In this document: positions 10,309 to 21,387 of the stretch, piece by piece
Layout: each line of letters starts with the position of its first letter
Numbering within the stretch: the first letter of the stretch is position 1
Assembly: GCA_965224195.1 (NCBI GenBank)
Contig: OZ245040.1
Span: 1,856,001-1,920,000, forward strand
Length of the DNA stretch: 64,000 nt
Origin: Nitrosopumilus sp.
GTDB taxonomy: Archaea > Thermoproteota > Nitrososphaeria > Nitrososphaerales > Nitrosopumilaceae
Direction of reading: 5' to 3'
Notes under the pieces: generated by a model
Seen by the model: the letters and a program-made list of their open reading frames with translations, nothing else
Databases searched by the model: none
Told to the model about the DNA's origin: nothing
Translations under genes and position numbers: made by a program

Positions 10309-10818
10309 TTAGTTTAGAATTTTTAGACTTCTACAAACAGCATACACTGTTCGTTTCAGAGTAGGATCACTCAAAGTATCCTTTCTGTGCTTTAAAACTC
10401 GTTTTGCCTCATCCCTTTCAGAGCCTTCTGGTAAAGACAAAACAGCATTAAAAAATTCAGGTAAAGATTCACGAATCCAATTATCTAGCATTCCATAAAT
10501 TTTTGGAGGAAGAATATCACATTTATCAACATCAAGATCTAAAACTTCAGCATAATTTTCATGTTCAACTCTATACACCAAAGCCAAAACAACATTATCT
10601 GGAGTTGGATGTTCAAGAATTTCTCTGGAACGTTCCCCAGTTTTTCCTTGAGCAATCTTGTTTTTCAATCCAATTGGATTTACAATTACTCCATTGACTC
10701 CTACCTTTCTTCCGTCAACGCCAGTAACTATACCAAAGATAAAGTCATTAAATTCACCATTTTTTTTAATTGAGAAAATTGGAGTTCCTTCTTTTAGAGT
10801 AGGTTTCTTACCAAACAT
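10309..10818 (-). CDS. Hypothetical protein
   Basis: 169-aa ORF with host-like composition; no recognised motif. Confidence 0.7.
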   Translation of the reverse strand: MFGKKPTLKEGTPIFSIKKNGEFNDFIFGIVTGVDGRKVGVNGVIVNPIGLKNKIAQGKTGERSREILEHPTPDNVVLALVYRVEHENYAEVLDLDVDKCDILPPKIYGMLDNWIRESLPEFFNAVLSLPEGSERDEAKRVLKHRKDTLSDPTLKRTVYAVCRSLKILN

Positions 10819-11008
10819 GAATAGATCACATCGTGTATTCTATTTATTCCTGCCCAATCGGACATAATTCCTGCAAATTATATCCATTATACAGTATGTA
10901 AACAAACAATAGCATAAAAAAATTTCTGAAGACCTTTTTCCAAAGTATTATGACTGTATCAATCTACGCACTCTTCTTAAAATAATACAATACAAACCAA
11001 AATCTAAA

Positions 11009-12452
11009 ATGATGGAGAAAAAATATTTCATTCTAATTCCTTTTCTACTTGCCACATTCATACACCTAGTTAACCCGGTTGGATTTCCAGACATATTCTT
11101 TAATGAGGGGATCTATATGCGAAGGGGAATGAATATGCTTGACACTGGAAATCCGCAAGAAAATTACCTGTATGACCACCCATACTTTGGACAGATAGTT
11201 CTTGCAGGAGTTTTACAGATAACAACTATTCTCCAAGTGACACATCAACTGATCCTGATTCACTTCAAAACCTGTATCTAATTCCAAGAATCTTTATGGG
11301 AATTGTTGTAATAGTTAGCACATTACTAATGTATCAGATTGCAAAAGTAAAGTTTGGAAACGATGTCGCATTACTATCATCTTCTCTGTTTGCGGTGATG
11401 CCATACACATGGATATTTGATAAAATATTACTTAATTCAATTTTGTTACCATTTTTACTTGCATCAATTTTACTTGCAATTTATTTTGCAAGACCACAAG
11501 GCAAGATGTGGCTTGCACCACTTTCAGGAATAATGTTAGGACTTGCAATATTTACCAAAGTTCCAGCATTTGTTTTCATTCCTCTTGTAATTTGGCTAAT
11601 TTTCCAAAAGGAAAAAAAGATCACACACATGCTAATTTGGATAGTTCCTGTGTTGTTGATTCCGTTGTTGTGGCCTGCAAACAGCATATTTTTGGATCAG
11701 TTTGATTTGTGGATTAAAGATGTATTGTGGCAAAGCCAACGAAGCAACAGCATTTTTGAAATTATTGGGTATTTTCTACTAATTGATCCAGTGTTATTTG
11801 TGATTGGTATGGCAGGGATAGTCTATGGTACAATTACAAAAAACAAGTTTGTCTTGTTTTGGTTTGTTCCATTCGTTTCATTTTTGTCACTAGTCGGATT
11901 CAAACAATATTTCCACTGGATTCCAGTAATTCCAATCATGTGTATTGCTGCAAGTATTTGGTTGCTTGATATGCCAAAGAAAGTAAAATACCTGCAATCA
12001 AAGACGTCCATTATGGAATAATAGGAATAATTCTGATATTTGGATTTTCAAGTACTCTTCTCATCATAACAAATGACGTATCACACAATCAGTTTGAAGC
12101 ATTATCATTTGTTTTAGAGAATCGTGATGCTCAAAGTACAATATTAGCAGGTCCTGTGTATTCATGGATTCTGTATGATGTATTTGGTGTAGATAATGTT
12201 CCATTAGATTATTCTTCAGTTTTGTTTTACCCTATAGAGACTGAAAAAATTACAGTTATTGCAGACCAACATTTTGTGATGGATCAAGATAGAGGTGAAC
12301 AAATCAGAAAAGTGTACAACAATACCCAGTCTATACAATACTTTGAAGGCAAAGTAAATGACCATAATAATTTGATTTATCCTTATACAGGCATGAAAAT
12401 GTATCAGGAAGGATTCTTGATTGATGTTAGAACTGGTGAATGGGATAAATAA
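11009..12452 (+). pseudogene. Membrane glycosyltransferase (GT-C/PMT-like), frameshifted into three pieces
   Basis: FFNEGIY...YDHPYFG and multi-TM GLAIFTK segments split across ORFs 11009-11281, 11296-12021 and 12156-12452. Confidence 0.8.
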
Positions 12453-12500
12453 CAACAGTAAAAAAATTCACCTTAAACATTTTAATCCAAACTAGGAAAA

Positions 12501-13079
12501 TTGATCCTATTGCAAGATGCAGAGATTTCGATAATTGTACCAACATACAACGAATTAAAGAACATTCGTGGAATTTTAGAACACATTCAAAAATCCATTA
12601 CCAGAAATCTCAAAGCTGAAACAATAGTAGTGGATGACAATTCGCCGGATTTAACAGCAAAGATAGCTGAAGACTATTTTCATTCAATTAAAGAAAAAAC
12701 CAATCATACGATTAACGTGATTAAAAGAAAGGCAAAGACAGGTCTGTCTTCTGCAATACTCAACGGAATTCAGCAGGCAACTGGCAACACCATTCTAGTT
12801 ATGGATTCAGATTTTTCCCATCCACCAAGTATAATTCCAAAAATGATTGAGACGCTAAAACAAACTAGTTGCGACATTGTAATTGCCTCAAGATACGTCA
12901 GAGGCGGATCCATTCAGGGCTGGCCACTTAAGCGAAAACTGATGAGCAAGATTGCAACATTCATTGCCAAGAGAGGGCTTGGGATTTCATCCAAAGATCC
13001 AATGTCAGGATTTTTCTTGTTTAAAAAAAATCATTTCAGGATTAAAGTTTGATGCAATTGGATACAAGATGTTATTAGA
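12501..13079 (+). pseudogene. GT2 dolichyl-phosphate mannose synthase-like gene, frameshifted at an A-run and truncated by an IS
   Basis: IVPTYNE, VDDNSPD, MDSDFSHPP, DPMSGFF; continues out of frame as GLKFDAIGYKMLLE up to the IS end. Confidence 0.85.
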
Positions 13080-14148
13080 AGATGAGTTGTGCAATTAGTC
13101 CAATTTGAGCATAATCTCAACATTTTCTAATCATAAGATCCAAAGCTAAGACTGAATTATTTTCAATTCATGTTTAATTGCACAAAACTGGCAAAAAAAC
13201 CAAAACAATTCCTGTCAATAGCAGGATTAACTGTTCCACAGTTTGATTCCCTATACAAAGAAATAAAGAAAAATTGCAAAACTGCAGAACAAAAGGGATT
13301 GTCCAAAAATAGAGAAAGAGACATTGGTGCAGGACACAAGTTTGACTTGTCCTTCAAAGACAGAATTCTAATGTTTTTCATGTACTACAGAATGTACACA
13401 ACATATGATATGCTAGGGATGATATTTGATTTGGACAAACTAAACGTAATGAGAAACATCAGATGTTTGGAGCCTGCAGTGAAGCAGTCCATTGTAATTC
13501 CTGCCAAAAAATATGCAGACTCAAAAAAGATTAACAGCATGCAGGAATTGCAGGAATTCTTTCTGGAATTAGTTGCAATCACTGATGGCACAGAACAGCC
13601 CATCCCAAGACCAAAAAACAAAAAGAAAAGAAAGGCACGCCATTCAGGCAAAAAGAAAAAGCATGCAGTACAAAATCAAGTCGCCATAAATCCTGATGGG
13701 ATAACAATCCACAAATCTGCACATTCGCCTGGCAGCCATCATGATTACGGAATTTACAAACCAAGGCATCCAACATTGTCTGAAGGGTTGCTGCAGTCTT
13801 ATGATCCTGGATGTTTGGGGATGGAAAAGGACTTTCCAGAACAGGCAAGTGTTTTGCCATGCAAGAAAAAGAAAGGAAAAAAATTGACTGTTGCTCAAAA
13901 GGAGTGGAACAGGATGCAGTCAAAAATTAGAATAAAAGTTGGACGTGTCATTGCACAAATCAGGCAATTTCGGATAAATCGCGATGTGTTTAGAAACAAA
14001 TTATGCAGATATGATGTGATAAGTGAAATTGTTTGCGGGACTGTCAGTTTCAAGATTAAATGGAAAGAAGAATTCATTGCAATTCCATAAAATTAAGAAT
14101 TAAATGACAGAAAAGTTAGATTTTTGCTTGTAATTGCGCAACTCATCT
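13080..14148 (+). mobile_element. IS5-superfamily (DDE_Tnp_4-type) insertion sequence
   Basis: 18-bp TIR AGATGAGTTGTGCAATTA / TAATTGCGCAACTCATCT (1 mismatch) around a transposase; no target duplication. Confidence 0.88.
13170..14090 (+). CDS. IS5-superfamily transposase, probably inactive
   Basis: HTH region plus DGTEQPIPRP and HSGKKKKH; the expected RIxVE catalytic Glu reads RIKVG. Confidence 0.85.
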   Translation: MFNCTKLAKKPKQFLSIAGLTVPQFDSLYKEIKKNCKTAEQKGLSKNRERDIGAGHKFDLSFKDRILMFFMYYRMYTTYDMLGMIFDLDKLNVMRNIRCLEPAVKQSIVIPAKKYADSKKINSMQELQEFFLELVAITDGTEQPIPRPKNKKKRKARHSGKKKKHAVQNQVAINPDGITIHKSAHSPGSHHDYGIYKPRHPTLSEGLLQSYDPGCLGMEKDFPEQASVLPCKKKKGKKLTVAQKEWNRMQSKIRIKVGRVIAQIRQFRINRDVFRNKLCRYDVISEIVCGTVSFKIKWKEEFIAIP

Positions 14149-14987
14149 CATCTATCATCACATTCAGAATACTTTTTCAATCCAGATTCTGATTCTAGCT
14201 CGTCTAAAGAAGGGAAATGTAAAATGCCTTGAGATTTGAGAATTTCTCCACATTTCCACAACATTAATTCAAATGCTCGTTTAGTTTTATGAAAATATAC
14301 TTGTTGATACATTTGATACCTTGCAAAGATCATTTGCTCGACTGATTCATATCCACCTTGAAGTACAACAAACTTCCCATTTACTGTAGCTAGTTGATCA
14401 ATGATTCTATGTAAATCAAATTTTCCATAAGATACTCCAGTGTAATAAGAGTCCCTCAAAAGATAATCTAGCCTATCTACATCTAATTGACCACTAATGA
14501 TATTGCTAAGATAAGTTTTTTCGGGATAAGGATCTCCTAAAATAAGATTGTTAATTATTTGTGGATCAATTCCTGCTTTAGTAATGATTTTAGAAAAATA
14601 ATGTTCCACTAGTGTAGTAGAATACAATTCATGTTTCTCATCAAGCAAACTTTCTAATGAATGGGAAAATGGCGTATGACCAATATCATGCAATAATGCA
14701 GCAATTCGTAGTGCTTGTCTATCTTTATTAGTTGCAGTAAATGTTTCTCCTAATTTTTTTGTATTTTTTTCCATAGAATCAAATGCCAATCCCGCTAGAT
14801 GCATAGCACCAAGTGTATGACCAAATCGTGAATGCTCTGAACCGTGATATACATAATGACCTAAACTTAGTTGTTTGATATTTCTCAGTCTTTGATATAC
14901 AGAAGAACTAATAATTTTTAATTCATATTCATTGGCAACAATAAATCCATGAGCTGGATCACGAAATTCTTTTACTTTGTCAGCCAT
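14148..14987 (-). pseudogene. HD-domain phosphohydrolase (dNTP triphosphohydrolase/SAMHD1-like), 3'-truncated by the IS
   Basis: QRLRNIKQL, HSRFGHTLG, LLHDIGH, DVDRLDYLLRD; the stop coincides with the IS end. Confidence 0.85.
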
Positions 14988-15114
14988 TTACAATTTTATT
15001 TTATCAGTAGGTATTTGATGTAGCATATCGATCAATTACTTTTACACTTTGATTCGATCAATTGATCTTATCACGCATACAATAATTATCTGATCGATAA
15101 GAAAGGAGAACAAT

Positions 15115-15735
15115 TCAATATTGTTTGATTAATTCTTTGTTTTCTTCAACATATGTACCCAATAATGCTTCTACTCCAGAAATATCTGGACGGTAATTAA
15201 CAATCACATCTAATTCAGGTTTTGCCAAATTCTTTACAATTATTTTTGCTTCTTTGTATCCTGTCATCCACGCATAGATGTCTGCTTGAGTTTTTGCCCT
15301 GTCAATAACGCCATTCATTTTAGTTTTACTTGATACCCAAGTAGTTTTTAATTCAATTAAAATATCATTTTCTACACCATCAATTTTTCCTGAAACAAAA
15401 TAATCAACACCTGCAAGATTAAATCTCTTAGGAGTAAGCCAAATTTCAGTATAGTCACTTTGACCATGGTAATATTGACCAAATTTTAAATTTAATTTTA
15501 ATTCCAATAAATTATCTAAATCTTTTACAGTCAATTCTCCAATTTTTGAATCAGGATCTAACTTGTCAAAAGCTTTTTCATAATGAGAAAAACTTGCAAT
15601 AGATGCAACCCAAATTTTATTATGTTTTGTGTGAGGAGTTCCATCTAAATTATAATTTGAATATGTATAATCTTCATTTTTTATTTTTTTTATTGTTTCA
15701 TTACAACAATCACAAGCAGGAGTCCAATCACTCAT
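15115..15735 (-). CDS. PD-(D/E)XK nuclease, Cas4/RecB-like
   Basis: GKIDG...IELKT...QADIY motif series. Confidence 0.75.
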   Translation of the reverse strand: MSDWTPACDCCNETIKKIKNEDYTYSNYNLDGTPHTKHNKIWVASIASFSHYEKAFDKLDPDSKIGELTVKDLDNLLELKLNLKFGQYYHGQSDYTEIWLTPKRFNLAGVDYFVSGKIDGVENDILIELKTTWVSSKTKMNGVIDRAKTQADIYAWMTGYKEAKIIVKNLAKPELDVIVNYRPDISGVEALLGTYVEENKELIKQY

Positions 15736-15818
15736 AGATTATAAAAATAATATTTAGTATTTAGATATGATCATAATAAAGAAATCACGTGTATTATTGA
15801 AGTTTTAATAATTGAATA

Positions 15819-16891
15819 TTATTTCACTCTACTGCCCATAAATTCAATATCATAATACTTGCTCTTTTTCTTTGGATTGAAACTGATTCCATACGTATTT
15901 GCAAGTATATCGTAAATGTCTTCTCTGAAACTTCTATATGCAATTTCTCCAGATTTTCGTCTTCTAACTCTGTCTCCAAATTTACGTCTAGATTTTGCAA
16001 GTTTTTCAATTTGTTCCATTGTAAGTTTCAAACTAAAATCAATAACTAAATTGTAACTCAATACTTGCTTGTTGTCCTTTAATGCATGACGAGTATGATT
16101 GATTATTTTTACACTTTCAGGTAGTTTTTCATTTATTTCATCTATGATGTTCATTATTTCAAATGATTTACCAACATATTCAGTAGGTGGAATTGTATAT
16201 GTGGAATATTTTATCATGAAATCATAAAATTCCCCTTTAGGTTTTTTGACAAGATCTTCGAAAATATCTAAATGATCCAAAACATATCTACGAAATTCAT
16301 CTTTATTTCCCAACTCTACCATTTTGTTTTCCAAATGTTCTAAAAATGCACCACCCACAAGTAACAATTATGTTTTTTGGGATTTTCTCTAATACCTTGA
16401 TTACGTCCATCATCTTTGGCAGTCATTACAAGAATTCCTATTACGTCTTTGCTCTGTCTTTTTCTGTAATCATCTAGTTGCCCAGTTAAAGTATACATTA
16501 TTTTTTCAGACATTTTTAAATCTGAATAATCTTTACATTCTGCAAAAATTTCAATATTAGGATCACGTGCTAAAACATCTATTCGGAATTTATCATTTGT
16601 ACTATCATTGAAAACAAATGGAACATCTCTATCTACATCAAATCCTGCAAATTTTAAAACATGTGCAGTTGTAGCTTCTAACCATTCTCCACTCTTTTTT
16701 TGATCACCAATATGAGTACCCTGTGAAGTTTCTGCTTCTGGAGGAGTTGTACCTTGTTTGTATTCTTCTTTAATTATTTGGGATGTATCTTCTAAAACTG
16801 AGATTTTAGATTCAATAATCGGAGTTCCACAGCCAGTACAAAAATTATCTTTTGAACTAGATTGTTTTCCACAACCTCCACAAAACCCCAT
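15819..16891 (-). pseudogene. Zinc-ribbon plus Mrr-like restriction endonuclease, frameshifted near 16355
   Basis: FCGGCG...FCTGCG; WLE...RIDVLA...AECKDY; the two ORFs join as NCYLW/GAFLEHL after a 1-nt indel. Confidence 0.75.
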
Positions 16892-17135
16892 ATTATTTTC
16901 ATAAGTTACTCGTAAATAAAACAGATCATTATAAAAGTAAAAAATAGCAAAATAATTCCAGTATTTCATTCATTAGGCATGAAATCATAGCAGTTTCGTG
17001 GGTAAATCAGCAGGATTACTTTCATCTGCCGTAATTCAAGGATTGTCTATTGGAGTATTGATGAGATTCAATATTGACATGTCTCATGGTATCTTGTAAT
17101 GTTTCAATAATGTAAATGATTTTTATAAAATAATT

Positions 17136-17843
17136 CTAAAGTATTAGGATTCCATTATTCACAAGAAATCTAATTGCTTCCTTAAACTCTTCATCATTGA
17201 TTTCTCCACTTGCATAAAATCCTGCAATTCCTCTAACCCATTGGGGAATTGGTACTGGATGTTGTTCTTCAGATTGTTGTGATGCAATCTCTGCTTGTTG
17301 TCTTGCATGTTCTTCATCTTCTAATTCTTGTGCAATTCTATCTGCTTCCTCTTCTGCTAATTCTTCTGCAAGTTGTGCTTCTTGTGCTAATCTATCTTCT
17401 TCTGCATATTGTGCAATTCTTGCTTGTCTTTCTATTTCGGCTTCTTCTGCTTCTGCTAATTCTTCTGCAAGTTTTTCTGCTTCATAATTTACTATAAATT
17501 CCTCTTCTGCAATTCTTGCTTGTTCTTCTTCTAATGCTTCTGCTTTATCTTGTAATCTTTGCTCTTCATCTATTTCTGCTTGCTCTTGTGCTAAAACACT
17601 ATCAATGTATTCCTGTGTTACACTAAATGGTGATTCTACAACATCATCATTAACTACAACTTTGATTATGTATTCATCAATTTCTAATACTCCTAATTGA
17701 ACTCGTTATGTTCCGTCTTCAATGCCATTGCTGGATGCAGAAATCTGATGAGTTGCATTATTGAGAAATACTCGGATAATTCCGCTTTGATCACTTGTGA
17801 TGTTGACATCAAATCTATCTATCTCAAATGAGGTTTCTGCCAT
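17136..17843 (-). pseudogene. Acidic coiled-coil surface protein remnant with Nitrosopumilus-type C-terminal IPxW domain
   Basis: Manual translation: E/A/Q-rich coil ending IPQWVRGIAGFYASGEINDEEFKEAIRFLVNNGILIL; in-frame TAA near 17707. Confidence 0.7.
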
Positions 17844-17965
17844 ACTGAGGACGAATCTTTATGTCATAGTTTTTTGTAGAATCAAAACTTTTGAGAACTT
17901 TGTAAATCTTCAACATGTAAGATAGTCACTAAATGAAAGATAAAGAGTGTATTTGTCAGCTTAAC

Positions 17966-18127
17966 CTATAATTCAAATTCTTGACGACATTTTTCACATT
18001 TTGCTCTTTCTTCCCCAGGGGAACCAAGAATGAAAATTTTACCAATTGTTTTACAGAGAGGACACATGCCAGTAGTTGCATTTTTTGGACCAGTACGAAT
18101 GATTTTTTGTGATTTTCTACGTCCCAT
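17966..18127 (-). CDS. Small Zn-ribbon protein, Elf1-like (53 aa)
   Basis: MGRRKSQK basic N-terminus, CPLC...CEKC. Confidence 0.65.
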   Translation of the reverse strand: MGRRKSQKIIRTGPKNATTGMCPLCKTIGKIFILGSPGEERAKCEKCRQEFEL

Positions 18128-18162
18128 GAAAAAACTTCTTGAATCGGTCTATTAAGTTTTAA

Positions 18163-18249
18163 TGGCGCGGGGAGAGGGATTCGAACCCACGAGTTCTTGC
18201 GAACATGAAATTAGCAATCTCACGCCCTACCAGGCTAGGCGACCCCCGC
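18163..18249 (-). tRNA. tRNA-Ser(GCT), CCA encoded
   Basis: GCGGGGG...CCCCGC acceptor stem, anticodon arm TGAGA-TTGCTAA-TTTCA, long variable arm, GGTTCGAATCC T-loop. Confidence 0.96.
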
Positions 18250-18281
18250 ATAATATGCCTAAAATGATTCTGTAAATAAAT

Positions 18282-19028
18282 TCATTCGTCCCCAAATTGG
18301 CTGTAATTATTCACAATCTCCTCAATTGGGAGTCGTTTTCCACCTACAATTTTTAGATCAACTTGTATTTTTTTGTCAGAGATGTTAAGAATATTGTAAG
18401 TGTTTTCAAAGAATCCACGAACTCTCTCAGATGTTGCAGTTCCAGCATTAACCACAGTTAGTCCTCCAAAATTCCATGCCCATGGCCTATGCTTGTGTCC
18501 ACATAATACTACATCAACTTTAGAATCCAAAACAGTTCTTAATACATCACCTGCATCAACTACAGTAAGTTGATCAGAACCAGTATCAGGAATCGCAATT
18601 AAATGGTGATGCATTGCAACAATCTTTACTTTGTCTTTGTATTTTCTCATAGTTCTTTCTAACCATAAATTTTGTCTGTATCCTACTTCACCTTCATTTC
18701 TATCAGGTCTTGCAGTTCCAACTGTAACTAACACAACATCATCGCTTAATTCATTTACAGTTTCAAAAGGAAAAAACTTTTTGAATAAAAGATAGCCAGT
18801 ATTTCGATAATCATGATTTCCACTTATAGTAATAATTTTTTTAGTGTTAAATTTTTTTAAAAGAGATTTACACTGTTCATATTCTTTCATTAGTCCTTCA
18901 TTAGTTAAATCACCAGTAATTATGATTACATCTGGATTTAGTTCATTTACTTCTTCTACTAGGATGTTAAATTTTTCTTGTAAAAATTGTGAACCTACAT
19001 GTAGATCAGAGATTTGGACAATCTGCAT
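18282..19028 (-). CDS. Calcineurin-like metallophosphoesterase
   Basis: SDLH, TGDLT, GNHD, HHH and GHKH motifs. Confidence 0.92.
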   Translation of the reverse strand: MQIVQISDLHVGSQFLQEKFNILVEEVNELNPDVIIITGDLTNEGLMKEYEQCKSLLKKFNTKKIITISGNHDYRNTGYLLFKKFFPFETVNELSDDVVLVTVGTARPDRNEGEVGYRQNLWLERTMRKYKDKVKIVAMHHHLIAIPDTGSDQLTVVDAGDVLRTVLDSKVDVVLCGHKHRPWAWNFGGLTVVNAGTATSERVRGFFENTYNILNISDKKIQVDLKIVGGKRLPIEEIVNNYSQFGDE

Positions 19029-19139
19029 TTGAATAATATTTACTGAATTGGGTATAAAATCGTCTCTATAGAAAATATTTAGAAAATATTTTAAATTCAA
19101 GGTAGAATTAAATAATAATCATCTCAAAATCTTGCAGTT

Positions 19140-20171
19140 TTGAGTAAAAAAGCAGCTGTGATGAAAGGTGACGGTATTGGGCCTGAAGTAGTAGATTCAA
19201 TGTTAAGAGTCTTAAAGGAATGTGACTTTCAATCAGAGTTAATTCTTTGTGAAGTAGGCTCAGAGCAATGGGAGAAAAACGGTAGAAAAGATGCATCATA
19301 CATTCCGGATGCAACAATGAAAATTTTAGAAGAATCAGACTGTTGTTTCAAGGGTCCAACAACTACAATTCCGGTTCCAGGTGCACCTAGAAGTGTTGCA
19401 GTTACGTTAAGACAAAAATTTGATCTTTATGCAAACATTAGACCAACTAAAACTTATGACAGATTAACTCCAAATAGAAAACTTGATTGTGTGTGTTTCA
19501 GAGAAGCAACCGAAGGTCTCTACACAGGTGTCGAGGCAAAAATTACAGATGATGCTGCAATAGCAATTAGAAAAATCACAAGGCATGGAAGTAGAAGATT
19601 AGTTGATTCTGCAGTGGATTGGGCAAATAAATTCAATATGAAAAAAATGGTAGCAATTACAAAAAGAAATATCTTAAAACAAACTGATGGAATATTTTGG
19701 GATGAAGCACAAAAAGCAGTTGAAGGAACTGGAATTGTATTATCTGAAATTTACATAGATAACATGGCACAACAGATGGTAATTGCAACTGAGCAGTTTA
19801 ACGGATCAGTGTTAGTTGGTACTAATTTATTCATGGATATTATTTCAGAACTTGCATCAGCTCTTGTAGGTTCAATTGGATTAATTTACTCTACAAATAT
19901 TGGAGACAAATATGCTATGTTTGAAGCAGCACATGGAAGTGCTCCACAATTTGCAGGACAAAATAAAGTAAATCCAACTGCAACTGTTCTTTCAGGAGCT
20001 TGGATGGCTGATTATCTAGGTGAAAGAGAAATCAGAGATGCAATATTTGATGCAACTGACAAAGTAATCAACGAAGGAAAAGCAGTAACATGGGATATTG
20101 GAGGTAGTGCAACAACAACACAGATGACTGATGCAATCATCACATATGCAAAAGAAAATTTAAGAAAATAA
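19140..20171 (+). CDS. Isocitrate/isopropylmalate dehydrogenase family protein
   Basis: GDGIGPEV, REATEG, NLFMDIISE, FEAAHGSAP. Confidence 0.93.
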   Translation: MSKKAAVMKGDGIGPEVVDSMLRVLKECDFQSELILCEVGSEQWEKNGRKDASYIPDATMKILEESDCCFKGPTTTIPVPGAPRSVAVTLRQKFDLYANIRPTKTYDRLTPNRKLDCVCFREATEGLYTGVEAKITDDAAIAIRKITRHGSRRLVDSAVDWANKFNMKKMVAITKRNILKQTDGIFWDEAQKAVEGTGIVLSEIYIDNMAQQMVIATEQFNGSVLVGTNLFMDIISELASALVGSIGLIYSTNIGDKYAMFEAAHGSAPQFAGQNKVNPTATVLSGAWMADYLGEREIRDAIFDATDKVINEGKAVTWDIGGSATTTQMTDAIITYAKENLRK

Positions 20172-20705
20172 TTAGATTCTTGTTTCTACCAAAATTAATT
20201 CTTCAAAAAATAGTTTCTTTTTTGCCATAATTCGTGTTTTCAAGCCTAATTTTTGAGCATAATCAATTAACTTTTGATAGTTTGACAATGATGATGTAAC
20301 AAAAATAAATTTACCATTTTCAGCCAGATTGCTTATTACAGAATCAAATATTTTTTTCGGGATTTTAAATCCTTCAGCGCCACCATCTGTTGCAATGTCA
20401 ATGATTTTTTCAGTTGCCAAGTAAGGTAAATTACATACAATGAAATCAAATTTTATTTTTAAGGCATCTGAACCATTACAACAAACTATATTTTTTGTTT
20501 TGTAAGTCTGATTTTTTAATACATCAAAATTGATATCAGTTCCAACTACAAAAGAAAAGTTTTCAGAAAGTAACTTTGTTAAATATCCAGAGCCGCTACC
20601 AACATCTAGAGCAAAACTTCCTGTTTCATTCTCAATATTATCAACTATGAAAAAAGTATCCTCAGAAGGAGAATATTCATCATTTTTCAAGGATTTGGTT
20701 TGCAA
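20172..20705 (-). CDS. HemK2/N6AMT1-like SAM methyltransferase
   Basis: YSPSEDT, LDVGSGSG, NLPY. Confidence 0.85.
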   Translation of the reverse strand: MQTKSLKNDEYSPSEDTFFIVDNIENETGSFALDVGSGSGYLTKLLSENFSFVVGTDINFDVLKNQTYKTKNIVCCNGSDALKIKFDFIVCNLPYLATEKIIDIATDGGAEGFKIPKKIFDSVISNLAENGKFIFVTSSLSNYQKLIDYAQKLGLKTRIMAKKKLFFEELILVETRI

Positions 20706-21387
20706 GATTAATTATTTCCTCTCCAGATATATCATCTACTCGTTTTTCCATATCACTTTCTTTATTGAATTGTTTTAAAATATTCTTTACCGTTTTTCTT
20801 CGATATGAAAATATTTTATTAATTGTTTGAATGAGTTCTTTAGATAAATCATTTTTTTTAATTATTTTTAGAACCACTGAATCAATTTTTGGAGGTGGAG
20901 AAAAATTATTTTTTCCTACTTTTATTATGGCTGTTATTTCAAATGCAGATGTAGCAATAATGCTTATTGCTTTTCTTTGCTTGGATGATGTTGCAAGTAA
21001 TTTGTCAGCAAATTCTTTTTGAACCATAATTACTCCATGTGAAAAGGAAGTCTGTGCCAACCATTCAACGGCATCCTTACTCCTAGAATATGGCAAATTA
21101 GAAACAAAAATTGTGAAAAGATCTTTTTTCTTCAAGCCATCCCCAGATTTTAAGACTAAATTGTTCAAATGTGAAAATTTTGATTTTGCATTTCTAATTA
21201 GTTCGTCATCCAAATCAACTGAAATCACCTTATCAGCTTTTTGACATAAAAGAGAAGTCAAGATTCCTTGACCAGTTCCAATTTCAAATACAATATCATT
21301 TTTAGTAATTTGAGCCTCAGAAACTATGGATTTTGCTATAGAATTTGATGTTAGGAAATGCTGGCCAAGACGTTTTCGTTTTATCAT
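20680..21387 (-). CDS. rsmA: 16S rRNA adenine dimethyltransferase KsgA/Dim1
   Basis: LGQHFL, EIGTGQG, SNLPY, FSPPPKIDS. Confidence 0.93.
   Translation of the reverse strand: MIKRKRLGQHFLTSNSIAKSIVSEAQITKNDIVFEIGTGQGILTSLLCQKADKVISVDLDDELIRNAKSKFSHLNNLVLKSGDGLKKKDLFTIFVSNLPYSRSKDAVEWLAQTSFSHGVIMVQKEFADKLLATSSKQRKAISIIATSAFEITAIIKVGKNNFSPPPKIDSVVLKIIKKNDLSKELIQTINKIFSYRRKTVKNILKQFNKESDMEKRVDDISGEEIINLANQILEK

Noticed and set aside
18163-18249. tRNA-Ser as the attachment site of the 11-18 kb island
   Set aside because: No duplicated tRNA 3' end and no integrase seen.
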